DNA from: Azohydromonas sp.
Lineage (GTDB): Bacteria > Pseudomonadota > Gammaproteobacteria > Burkholderiales > Burkholderiaceae_C
Reading direction: 5' to 3'
Length of the DNA: 64,000 nt
Assembly (NCBI RefSeq): GCF_035325925.1
Contig: NZ_DAOKZA010000004.1
Span: 51,745 to 115,744 of the forward strand
Below the pieces are notes generated by a model that saw only the letters and a program-made list of their open reading frames with translations, did no database searches and was not told the origin of the DNA. Below, piece after piece: positions 55,845 through 64,000 of the stretch. A program made the translations under genes and the position numbers. Position 1 is the first letter of the stretch; each line of letters begins with the position of its first letter.

Positions 55845-56909
55845 ATGACCGCCGCCGACATGTTCCGCTCGCGCCTGGGCCTGCGCTGGCCGCTGGTGCA
55901 GGCGCCGATGGCCGGGGTGCAGGGTGCGGCGCTGGCCATCGCGGCGTCGCGCGCCGGCGCGCTGGGCTCGCTGCCTTCGGCGCAGTTCGCGCTGCCGGCG
56001 CTGCGCGAGGAGGCCGGCGCACTGGCCGCCGCGCTGCGCGCCGACCGGCTGCCGTGGGCGCTGAACTTCTTCGCCCACCGCGCCCCGGCGGTCGACGCGG
56101 CGCGCGAGGCGCGCTGGCGCGCCGCGCTGGCGCCGTTCCACGCCGAGGCCGGCATCGACGTCGCGGCCGTGCCCGCCGGGGCCGGTCGCATGCCGTTCGA
56201 CGCCGCCGCCGCCGAGGTCGTCGAGGCGCTGCGCCCGCCGGTGGTGAGCTTCCACTTCGGCCTGCCCGAGCCGGCGCTGCTCGGGCGCGTGAAGGCGCTG
56301 GGTTGCCTCGTGATGAGCTCGGCGACCACCGTCGACGAGGCGCGCTGGCTGGCCGCGCGAGGCTGCGACGCGATCATCGCGCAGGGGCTCGAGGCCGGCG
56401 GCCACCGCGGCCACTTCCTCGACGACGACCTGACGCGGCAGGCCGGCACGTTCGCGCTGCTGCCGCAGGTGGTGCGCGCGGTCGCGCTGCCGGTGCTGGC
56501 CGCCGGCGGCATCGCCGACGCCGCGGGCGTGCGCGCCGCGATGGCGCTGGGCGCGGCCGGCGTGCAGGTCGGCAGCGCGTTCCTGCTGTGCCCGCAGGCG
56601 ACGACCACCGAACTGCATCGCACCGCGCTGCGCTCGCCGCGCGCGGCGCACACCGCGCTGACCAACCTGATCACCGGGCGGCCGGCGCGCGGCATCGTCA
56701 ACCGCCTGATGCGCGAGCTCGGCCCGATGAGCGACGCGCCGCCGGCGTTCCCGCTGGCCACCGCGGCGATCGCGCCGTTGCGCGCCTGGGCCGAGGCACG
56801 CGGCGCCGACGACTTCTCGCCGCTGTGGTGCGGCCAGCATCCGCCGCGCTTCGACGGCGTGCCGGCCGGCGAGGTCGTGCAGGCGCTGGGCGCCGGCTTC
56901 GACGGCTGA
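55845..56909 (+). CDS. Nitronate monooxygenase (NMO / 2-nitropropane dioxygenase family)
   Basis: PLVQAPMAGVQGAALA, GCDAIIAQGLEAGGHRG and AAGGIAD are present. The alternative start is ATG at 55809. Confidence 0.88.
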   Translation: MTAADMFRSRLGLRWPLVQAPMAGVQGAALAIAASRAGALGSLPSAQFALPALREEAGALAAALRADRLPWALNFFAHRAPAVDAAREARWRAALAPFHAEAGIDVAAVPAGAGRMPFDAAAAEVVEALRPPVVSFHFGLPEPALLGRVKALGCLVMSSATTVDEARWLAARGCDAIIAQGLEAGGHRGHFLDDDLTRQAGTFALLPQVVRAVALPVLAAGGIADAAGVRAAMALGAAGVQVGSAFLLCPQATTTELHRTALRSPRAAHTALTNLITGRPARGIVNRLMRELGPMSDAPPAFPLATAAIAPLRAWAEARGADDFSPLWCGQHPPRFDGVPAGEVVQALGAGFDG

Positions 56910-56929
56910 CCGCCCGGCCTTCCTCCTCG

Positions 56930-59900
56930 TCACTCGATCGTCATCAGGCTCGCGTTGCCGCCCGCGGCGGCGGTGTTGATGCTCAGCGATCGTTCGACCA
57001 CGAGGCGCTCGAGCGGCACGTCGGCGTCGCCCGGCGCGAGCGCGACCAAGCCGACGATCGCGCCGGGCCGCCCGGCCAGCGCCGCGGCCAGCGCGAGGCG
57101 CTGTGCCGCGTCGCCGTGGTGCAGCACCGCGTCGAGCGGCACGTCGGGGCGCGTCCAGTCCTGGGTCAGGGTGATGCGCGCGCGCACGTCGGGCGGCAGC
57201 CGGTCGGCCAGCGCCAGCGCGTCGGCCGGCCACAGCGCCTGCGCGCCGACCGCGAGCACGGCGGCCAGCTGGGTCAGCCGGTCGGCGTCGCCCGCCGCAT
57301 CGCCTTCGGCCAGGCACAGCACGTGGCCGCGCGGGCGCACCGCGTACAGGTTGGCCTCGCCGGTGGGCCCGGGCAGCACGCGCCAGCCGGTGACCGGCGA
57401 CGCGGCGCGAAGCCGTTCGCACGCGTCGGCCAGCGCGGCGCGTCCCTGCGTCAGCGCCCAGCCACGCAGCGCCGCCAGCGCGCCGGCCCCGTCGTCGCTG
57501 TCGTCAGACGCCGGCGCCGGCGTGCGCACGGTACCGGCGGCCGGCGCGCCGCAGCGCTGCACCGCCTGCCGCGCCGCCAGCGCCGGGCGCTCGGCGAGCA
57601 GGCGCAGCAGGTACAGCGGGCCGCCGGCCTTCGGCCCGGTGCCCGACAGGCCCTCGCCGCCGAACGGCTGCACGCCGACCACCGCGCCGACGATGTTGCG
57701 GTTGACGTAGACGTTGCCGGCGCGCGTGGCCGCCACCACCTGCGCCACCGTCTCGTCGATGCGCGTGTGCACCCCCTGCGTGAGGCCGTAGCCGGTGGCG
57801 GCGACGGCGTCGAGCAGGCGCGGCAGCTCGTCGCGGCGAAAGCGCAGCAGGTGCAGCACCGGGCCGAACACCTCGCGCCCGAGGTCGGCGACGCGCTCGA
57901 TCTCGATGAGCGTCGGCGCGACGAAGTGTCCGGCCGGCCCCGCGGGCAGCGCGGCGCGCCAGACGCGGTGGCCGCGACGCTGCATGGCCTCGACGTGGCG
58001 CTCGATCGCGGCGCGCGCGTCGGCGTCGATCACCGGGCCGACGTCGGTGGCCAGTCGTCGCGGGTCGCCGACGGCCAGCTCGCGCGCCGCGCCCTGCAGC
58101 ATCTCGACGAGGCGCCCGGCGACGTCGTCCTGCACGCACAGCAGGCGCAGCGCGCTGCAGCGCTGGCCGGCGCTGTCGAACGCCGACGCGACGACGTCGG
58201 CCACCGCCTGCTCGGCCAGCGCCGAGCTGTCGACGAACAGCGCGTTCTGCCCGCCGGTCTCGGCCACCAGCGGCACCGGCCGGCCGTGCGTGGTCAGCCG
58301 AGAGGCCAGCGAGCGCTGCAGCAGGCGCGCGACCTCGGTCGATCCGGTGAACAACACGCCTTGCACGCGCGCGTCGGCCACCAGCGCCGCGCCCACCGTC
58401 TCGCCGCGCCCGGGCAGCAGCTGCAGCGCATCGCGCTGCACGCCGGCCGCGTGCAGCGCGTCGACGGCCGCGGCGGCCGCCAGCGGCGTCTGCTCGGCCG
58501 GCTTGGCCAGCACCACGTTGCCGGCGGCCAGCGCCGCGGCCACCTGGCCGGTGAAGATCGCCAGCGGGAAGTTCCACGGGCTGATGCACGCCACCGGGCC
58601 CAGCGGCACGTGCGTGGCGGCGTCGAAGCCGTGCCGCGCCTGCGCCGCGTAGTAGCGCAGGAAGTCGACCGCCTCGCGCACCTCGGCCACCGCGTTGGCG
58701 CAGGTCTTGCCCGCCTCGCGCACCAGCAGCGGCACCAGCGCGACGGTGTCGGCCTCGAGGCGGTCGGCGGCGGCGTCGAGCCGCGCCGCGCGTTCGGCCG
58801 CCGGTGTGGCCGCCCACGCCGGCGCGGCGCGCACCGCGGCGTCCAGCGCGGCGTGTACATCGCCGGCGTCGGCCTCGCGCACCTGGCCCACCACGTCGTG
58901 CGGGTCGGCGGGGTTGCACACCGGCTGCCACGCGCCGTCGCCGGCGGCGGTGGTCGGCGCGCAGCGCCAGCGGCGTCGTTCGGCGAACGCCGCCGACAGC
59001 GCGGCCAGCACCGGTTCCGCGGCCAGGTCCAGCCCGAGCGAGTTCGCGCGCTGCGCGCCGTACAGCGCACGCGGCAGCGCGATCGCCGGGTGCGGCGCGC
59101 CGACCGTGCCCTCGCGCTCGGCGGCGGTGTGCACGGTGTACACCGGGTCCTCGACCAGCACCTCGAGCGGCACGCCGCCGTCGGCGATGCGGTGCACGAA
59201 CGAGGTGTTGGCGCCGTTTTCCAGCAGGCGGCGCACCAGGTACGCGAGCAGCGTCTCGTGGCTGCCCACCGGCGCGTAGACGCGGCACGGACGGCGCAGC
59301 GCCGGCGCCAGGCCGTCGCGTATGCCCGGCACGACCTGCTCGTACAGCGGCTCGCCCATGCCGTGCAGGCACTGGAACTCGTACTGCCGCGGCTGCCAGC
59401 GCGCCGGGTCGGCCAGCGCGTGCACGGCCGCCAGCGTGTGCGCGTTGTGCGTGGCGAACTGCGGGAACACCGCGTCGGGCGCGGCCAGCAGCTTGCGCGC
59501 GCAGGCGAGGTAGGCCACGTCGGTGTGCGGCTTTCGCGTGTAAACCGGGTAGCCGGCCTGGCCGTCGAGCTGCGCGCGCTTGATCTCGCTGTCCCAGTAC
59601 GCGCCCTTGACCAGCCGCACCATCAGCCGGCGACGGTGGCGGCGCGCCAGGTCGACGATCCAGTCGACCACCGCCGGGCAGCGCTTCTGGTATGCCTGCA
59701 CCACGAAACCCAGCCCGTCCCAGCCGGCCAGCGCCGGCTCGGCGCACAGGCGCTCGAGCAGGTCGAGCGACAGCTCGAGCCGGTCGGCCTCCTCGGCGTC
59801 GATGTTCAGCCCGATGTCGTGCCGCCGCGCCTGCGTGGCCAGCGCGAGCAGGCGCGGGTACAGCTCGGCCGTCACGCGCTCGACCTGCGCGCGCGCGTAG

Positions 59901-60748
59901 CGCGCGTGCAGCGCCGACAGCTTGATCGAGATGCCGGGGCCGTCGATGGGGCCGGACCACGCGCCGCCGCGGCCGGCCGCCTGAGCGGCCTGCGCGTACG
60001 CAGCGGCGCCGATGGCGTCGATGGCGTGCGTGTACGCGGCATGGTAGCGATCGGCGTCGGCGGCGGTCAGCGCCGCCTCGCCGAGCATGTCGTAGCTGTA
60101 GCGGAAGCCCTGCGCCTCGCGCGGCGCCGCGCGCTGCAGCGCCTGCGCGATGGTCTGGCCGGTGACGAACTGCTCGCCCATCATGCGCATCGCCAGGTCG
60201 ACGCCGCGGCGGATCAGCGGCTCGCCGCCGCGCGCCACCACGCGCCGCAGCGTGGCGCCCAGCCCGCGGTCGCTGTGCGTGGCCACCAGCTTGCCGGTCA
60301 GCAGCAGCCCCCAGGCGGCGGCGTTGACGAACAGCGACGGGCTGTGGCCCAGGTGGCGCTGCCAGTCCACGCCCGGGCCTTCGCCGACCTTGTCGCGGAT
60401 CAGCGCATCGCGCGTCGCGGCGTCGGGGATGCGCAGCAGCGCCTCGGCCAGGCACATCAGCGCCACGCCCTCGCCCGAGCTCAGCGAGAACTCCTGCAGC
60501 AGCTGCTGCACCAGCCCGGCGCGGCCGCCGTCGCGGCTGCGCTCGCGCACGCCGCGCGCCAGCTGCAGCGCCATCGCCTGTGCCGCGTCGGCCTGCACCG
60601 GATCGAGCGCGGCCTGCGCCAGCAGGCCGGGCAGCAGCGCCGGTTCGTCGGCGCGCGTCAGCGCGGTGATCGCGGCGCGCAGCGCTGAGGCGGTGAGCAT
60701 CGTCGTGAGCGGCGGCGGCGTGTCGGCGCGCGGGGCAGGGTCGTGCAT
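56930..60748 (-). CDS. putA: Bifunctional proline dehydrogenase / L-glutamate-gamma-semialdehyde dehydrogenase PutA (no obvious N-terminal RHH domain)
   Basis: About 1270 aa. The PRODH barrel blocks are YSYDMLGEAA, NISIKLSAL and GLNIDAEE. The ALDH blocks are ISPWNFPLAIF and ETGGQNA. ATG at 60748 is preceded by GGGAG. Confidence 0.95.
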   Translation of the reverse strand: MHDPAPRADTPPPLTTMLTASALRAAITALTRADEPALLPGLLAQAALDPVQADAAQAMALQLARGVRERSRDGGRAGLVQQLLQEFSLSSGEGVALMCLAEALLRIPDAATRDALIRDKVGEGPGVDWQRHLGHSPSLFVNAAAWGLLLTGKLVATHSDRGLGATLRRVVARGGEPLIRRGVDLAMRMMGEQFVTGQTIAQALQRAAPREAQGFRYSYDMLGEAALTAADADRYHAAYTHAIDAIGAAAYAQAAQAAGRGGAWSGPIDGPGISIKLSALHARYARAQVERVTAELYPRLLALATQARRHDIGLNIDAEEADRLELSLDLLERLCAEPALAGWDGLGFVVQAYQKRCPAVVDWIVDLARRHRRRLMVRLVKGAYWDSEIKRAQLDGQAGYPVYTRKPHTDVAYLACARKLLAAPDAVFPQFATHNAHTLAAVHALADPARWQPRQYEFQCLHGMGEPLYEQVVPGIRDGLAPALRRPCRVYAPVGSHETLLAYLVRRLLENGANTSFVHRIADGGVPLEVLVEDPVYTVHTAAEREGTVGAPHPAIALPRALYGAQRANSLGLDLAAEPVLAALSAAFAERRRWRCAPTTAAGDGAWQPVCNPADPHDVVGQVREADAGDVHAALDAAVRAAPAWAATPAAERAARLDAAADRLEADTVALVPLLVREAGKTCANAVAEVREAVDFLRYYAAQARHGFDAATHVPLGPVACISPWNFPLAIFTGQVAAALAAGNVVLAKPAEQTPLAAAAAVDALHAAGVQRDALQLLPGRGETVGAALVADARVQGVLFTGSTEVARLLQRSLASRLTTHGRPVPLVAETGGQNALFVDSSALAEQAVADVVASAFDSAGQRCSALRLLCVQDDVAGRLVEMLQGAARELAVGDPRRLATDVGPVIDADARAAIERHVEAMQRRGHRVWRAALPAGPAGHFVAPTLIEIERVADLGREVFGPVLHLLRFRRDELPRLLDAVAATGYGLTQGVHTRIDETVAQVVAATRAGNVYVNRNIVGAVVGVQPFGGEGLSGTGPKAGGPLYLLRLLAERPALAARQAVQRCGAPAAGTVRTPAPASDDSDDGAGALAALRGWALTQGRAALADACERLRAASPVTGWRVLPGPTGEANLYAVRPRGHVLCLAEGDAAGDADRLTQLAAVLAVGAQALWPADALALADRLPPDVRARITLTQDWTRPDVPLDAVLHHGDAAQRLALAAALAGRPGAIVGLVALAPGDADVPLERLVVERSLSINTAAAGGNASLMTIE

Positions 60749-60936
60749 GTCAACTCCCGTGGCGGGCGCCTTCGTGCCCGCCGGTGCGAAGTGTCGGGGC
60801 TTGCGCGATGTTCGACGGCGCAAGCCACGACACGCCCCCGGCGCGAACACGCGATCGCAACGGCACCCGGTGTCGCGGGCACAATCCCGCGAGCCACCGC
60901 AGCGCGCGCCCATGGCGGTGACCACCGTTCAGCCCG

Positions 60937-62427
60937 ATGCCCTCACAGCAAGCCCTTTTCGACCTGCGCGACCCCGTGTCGGAGCGGCTGCTGCGCGACA
61001 TGAACCCGTGGTGGCAGGGCTGGGGGGTGCCCAATCTGCAGCCGGTGCGGCGCTGGGCCTACGCCTCGCTCGTGCGGGGCCTTCGCTCGCAGCTCGCGCC
61101 CGTCGTCGTCCTGCGCGGGCCGCGCCAGGTGGGCAAGAGCACCCTCCAGGCGCAGGTGATCGACGAGCTGCTGCGCTCCGGCATCGAACCGCGCAGGATC
61201 CTGCGCGTCCAGTTCGACGACGTGAAGCCGCTGCACCGGCGAGACCAGCCCATCCTCGAGGTCGTCTGGTGGTATGCCGACCATGTGCTGGGCGCACCGC
61301 TGGGCAGCCTGGGCAACGAGCCGGTGTACTTGTTCCTGGACGAAGTGCAGAACCTGCGCGATTGGGCTCCGCAGCTCAAGCATCTGGTGGATCTCCAGCC
61401 GGTGCGCGCAATGGTCACCGGCAGCTCGGCACTGCGCATCGAGGCCGGGCGCGACAGCCTGGCCGGTCGCATCCACACGCTGGAGCTCGGCCCGTTGCTG
61501 CTGCGCGAAATCGTGGACCTGCGCGGGCTGGGGCACATCGATCCCTACCACCCCCCCAACGGGCTCGGACCACTGAAGGACAAGGCGTTCTGGACAGGTC
61601 TGCGCGGGCATGGCGAGACGCACCGCGTCCTGCGCGATCGCGCCTTCGCCCTGTTTTCGCAGCGCGGCGGCTACCCGGTCGCGCACAAGGCCGCCGACGA
61701 GCCCTGGGAGCGGGTGGCCGACCAACTCGTCGAGACCGTCGTCCGGCGCGCGATCCAGCACGACCTGCGCATGGGCAGTCGCGGCGTCAAGCGAGACGAA
61801 CACCTGCTCGAGGAAGTGTTCCGGCTCGCCTGCCGCTACGTCGGGCAGTCGCCCCGCCAGGCGCTGTATGTCGACGAGATCCGGCGCGCGCTCGACACCG
61901 ATGTCGGCTGGCAGCGGATCCTGCAGTACCTCAAGTTCCTGGACGGCGCACTGCTCGTGCGACTCATCGAACCGCTGGAGTTGCGGCTGAAGAAGCGCAA
62001 GTCGCCGGCCAAGCTCGTGCTGTCCGACCACAGCCTGCGCGCCGCCTGGCTGCAGGAGTCGGTCCCGATCGACGCGGCGGGGCTCGAAGCGGCGCCGCAT
62101 CTGACGGACCTGGCCGGCCGGATCGCCGAGAGCGTGGTCGGGCACTTCTTCAAGTCCATCGTCAACCTCGACGTGGCCTACTTTCCGGAGCGCGGCGCGG
62201 AGCCGGAGGTCGACTTCGTGCTGACCATCGGCGAGCAAAGGATCCCGGTGGAGGTGAAATACCGCCGCCGCATTGCGCACGATGACACGCGCGGCCTACG
62301 TGCCTTCATCGAGAAGTCGCACTACAACGCGCCGTTCGGCTTGATCGTCACGCTCGGCGACGAGCCGGCCACCGACGATCCCCGCATCGTCAGCCTGCCC
62401 CTGCCCAGCCTGCTGCTGATGCGCTGA
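60937..62427 (+). CDS. AAA-type ATPase with a C-terminal DUF4143-like domain (COG1373-type)
   Basis: Walker A is LRGPRQVGKST and Walker B is VYLFLDEVQ. The C-terminal EVDFVL....IPVEVKY motif is a restriction-endonuclease-like fold typical of this family. Confidence 0.85.
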   Translation: MPSQQALFDLRDPVSERLLRDMNPWWQGWGVPNLQPVRRWAYASLVRGLRSQLAPVVVLRGPRQVGKSTLQAQVIDELLRSGIEPRRILRVQFDDVKPLHRRDQPILEVVWWYADHVLGAPLGSLGNEPVYLFLDEVQNLRDWAPQLKHLVDLQPVRAMVTGSSALRIEAGRDSLAGRIHTLELGPLLLREIVDLRGLGHIDPYHPPNGLGPLKDKAFWTGLRGHGETHRVLRDRAFALFSQRGGYPVAHKAADEPWERVADQLVETVVRRAIQHDLRMGSRGVKRDEHLLEEVFRLACRYVGQSPRQALYVDEIRRALDTDVGWQRILQYLKFLDGALLVRLIEPLELRLKKRKSPAKLVLSDHSLRAAWLQESVPIDAAGLEAAPHLTDLAGRIAESVVGHFFKSIVNLDVAYFPERGAEPEVDFVLTIGEQRIPVEVKYRRRIAHDDTRGLRAFIEKSHYNAPFGLIVTLGDEPATDDPRIVSLPLPSLLLMR

Positions 62428-62445
62428 CCCGACGCCGCGACACCT

Positions 62446-64000
62446 TCAGGTGGCCGCACGTGCCCGGTTCAGCGCCAGCAGCCGGCGCAGGATCTCGTCG
62501 TCGGGCATCCCGGAGTGCCAGTCCGTCCAGCCGTAGGCCGCGGCCACGGCGGCGTCCAGCGCGGCGTGGGCGTCGGCCAGCCAGGCGGGGCGCTGGTTGT
62601 AGAGGTTGGTCAGCGTGCGTTTGGCCAGGTCCTTCGCGTGGCCGGGGCGGGCGACGATGCGGTCCGGGTAGGGCGAACTCGTCATGCCCAGCGGCACCAC
62701 CTCGGGCACGCGTTCGGTCCATTCGGGCGGGTTGAGCCAGCGGTCGCGCAGCGCCACCAGGCGCGCGGCGGCGCGGGCGATGGCTTCGGCGTGCGGGCGG
62801 ATGTCGGCCGGCAGGTTGGCCGGGATCACGGCGCCGCCGGGCAGCGTCTCGGTGCGCTGGTGGGCGGTGTCGGCGGGGGTGAGGCTATCGGGGAAGGGGA
62901 AGGTCTCGAAGGTGCTGGTGGGGGTGTAGCGCGGCCGATCTTCCAGCGACGTGCCCAGCCGCAGCGACCAGAGTTCGTGCAGGCGGCTGTGCAGGATGCC
63001 GAAGGTGGTGTCGTCGGCGCGGGCGATGACGACCAGGTTCTTGTCCGCAATCACGGAGGCGGGCAACCAGTCGAAGACACGGTGCTTGGAGACCTCCGGC
63101 GTGACCACATGCCGATGCAGAGGTGCAATCGCTCGCCGCATCACGGGGCGAGACCACTGGAACAGCCAATAGCACTCGTTAGTTCGAGCCTCGCGCTTTC
63201 CGACGCGAGTGGGTTTCACGTGCTCGGTGACGAACGCAAACGGCAATTCGTAGAGCGCCGCATCGCCTCCGGCCATTTCGGCGCCGAAGTCCACGATCCA
63301 CATGTCGCGGTTGCGTCTGGTGATGTCCAGCCCGTTGAACCACGGTCGAACCACATCGCTGTTCGGTTTCCCGTTTGGGTTGGGCAGCGCCAACCAAGCC
63401 CGTGCTGCATCACCCGGCAACTCAAACGGTCCGGTCTTTTGGATGCCTGAGAACGATGTGCCGGCGTTCTGCGGCAAGGGCATGGCCGATGGGAGGTCGA
63501 CCTCCGCGGCCGATTCACCAGCGGTGGAAAGGTCGGCGTTGATGCCCGAATCGCTGTCTTTGCCATTGAGTCGTGCGACTTCGCCCGACTTGCCAAACCC
63601 CACCAACGACACCCGCACCGCCGCCCCCAGGTTCACCCACGGCTCGTCGCTCCACGCCTCGAAGATGCGCGTGGTCTTCACGATGCGGTCGAGCACCGCG
63701 CGGTTGGCGCCGCCGCGGATCGAGTTCGTCGCCACCAGCCCCGCCCTCTGCAGCGTGTCGGCCTCGATCATCGCCCGCGCCTGCTCGAACCAGTAGCACA
63801 CCAGGTCGGCCCCGCCCGGCACACGTCCGGCATAGGCGGCGCGCAGGCGCTCGGTGTAGACGTCGCCCAGTTCGCTGCGCATCTTCTTGTCGCCCACGAA
63901 CGGCGGATTCCCCACCACCGCATCGGCCACTGGCCAGGCCGCCGGCGTGCCGTCCTCGGCCAGCACCGCATCCCGGCACTCGATGTGGTCCAGCGGCTCC
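62446..64000 (-). CDS. Large SAM-dependent DNA methyltransferase, MmeI-like (type IIL/IIG) family; the N-terminal part lies beyond the right edge
   Basis: The catalytic motif IV is VVGNPPFVG. Family-typical stretches follow: ADLVCYWF and EPWVNLGAAVRVSLVGF, with a long C-terminal specificity region. The reading frame stays open to position 64000. Confidence 0.85.
   Translation of the reverse strand, partial: EPLDHIECRDAVLAEDGTPAAWPVADAVVGNPPFVGDKKMRSELGDVYTERLRAAYAGRVPGGADLVCYWFEQARAMIEADTLQRAGLVATNSIRGGANRAVLDRIVKTTRIFEAWSDEPWVNLGAAVRVSLVGFGKSGEVARLNGKDSDSGINADLSTAGESAAEVDLPSAMPLPQNAGTSFSGIQKTGPFELPGDAARAWLALPNPNGKPNSDVVRPWFNGLDITRRNRDMWIVDFGAEMAGGDAALYELPFAFVTEHVKPTRVGKREARTNECYWLFQWSRPVMRRAIAPLHRHVVTPEVSKHRVFDWLPASVIADKNLVVIARADDTTFGILHSRLHELWSLRLGTSLEDRPRYTPTSTFETFPFPDSLTPADTAHQRTETLPGGAVIPANLPADIRPHAEAIARAAARLVALRDRWLNPPEWTERVPEVVPLGMTSSPYPDRIVARPGHAKDLAKRTLTNLYNQRPAWLADAHAALDAAVAAAYGWTDWHSGMPDDEILRRLLALNRARAAT

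Noticed and set aside
56054-60688. 1544-aa plus-strand ORF, and the 983-aa minus-strand ORF 57504..60455
   Set aside because: They are antisense and off-frame readings of putA, whose PRODH and ALDH motifs are unambiguous.

Overview
Very GC-rich chromosomal window (by eye about 70% GC, not computed). Gene content looks like a Burkholderiales-type betaproteobacterium; this is inferred only from remembered protein families, with no searches run. About 60 genes are supportable.

Housekeeping anchors:
- kdsA (partial), pyrG, mutS, putA
- a SMUG-type uracil-DNA glycosylase

Accessory blocks, left to right:
1. A secreted/PEP-CTERM protein cluster (1.9-6.5 kb) next to a large STAND ATPase regulator that carries a C-terminal winged helix.
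2. An AraC-controlled Mo-hydroxylase, CoA ligase and enoyl-CoA hydratase cluster in hmfABCDE order, followed by a Liv-type ABC importer (14.3-27.1 kb).
3. A 2.5-kb junkyard: vapBC, a second mutS 5' end, an IS91-family transposase remnant and an inverted aceE fragment (27.3-29.8 kb).
4. A translationally coupled operon encoding a membrane sensor-like protein, a HAMP-MFS fusion and a periplasmic binding protein (29.8-33.5 kb).
5. A MerR-type divergon (33.8-36.3 kb).
6. A coupled pair of uncharacterised genes (36.3-38.4 kb).
7. A TonB-C protein with a 15-bp tandem repeat (42.4-44.2 kb).
8. A complete bufferin-type MNIO RiPP operon (DUF2282, DUF692, DUF2063, DoxX) with an ECF sigma and NrsF anti-sigma pair (45.5-49.5 kb).
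9. A partial MmeI-like DNA methyltransferase plus a DUF4143 ATPase at the right edge.

The most interesting signal is the motif TGTAAC(C/G)-N16-CGAA, which occurs three times within 3 kb. One copy lies upstream of the RiPP precursor and one immediately upstream of the sigma gene. The third is on the opposite strand, upstream of a radical-SAM/Cys-rich gene fused in an operon with a DedA-disulfide-reductase gene. This suggests a single ECF regulon that extends beyond the known bufferin genes.

No rRNA, tRNA or CRISPR array was seen. Most other long ORFs in the track are antisense or off-frame artefacts of the high GC content. All start codons are provisional.
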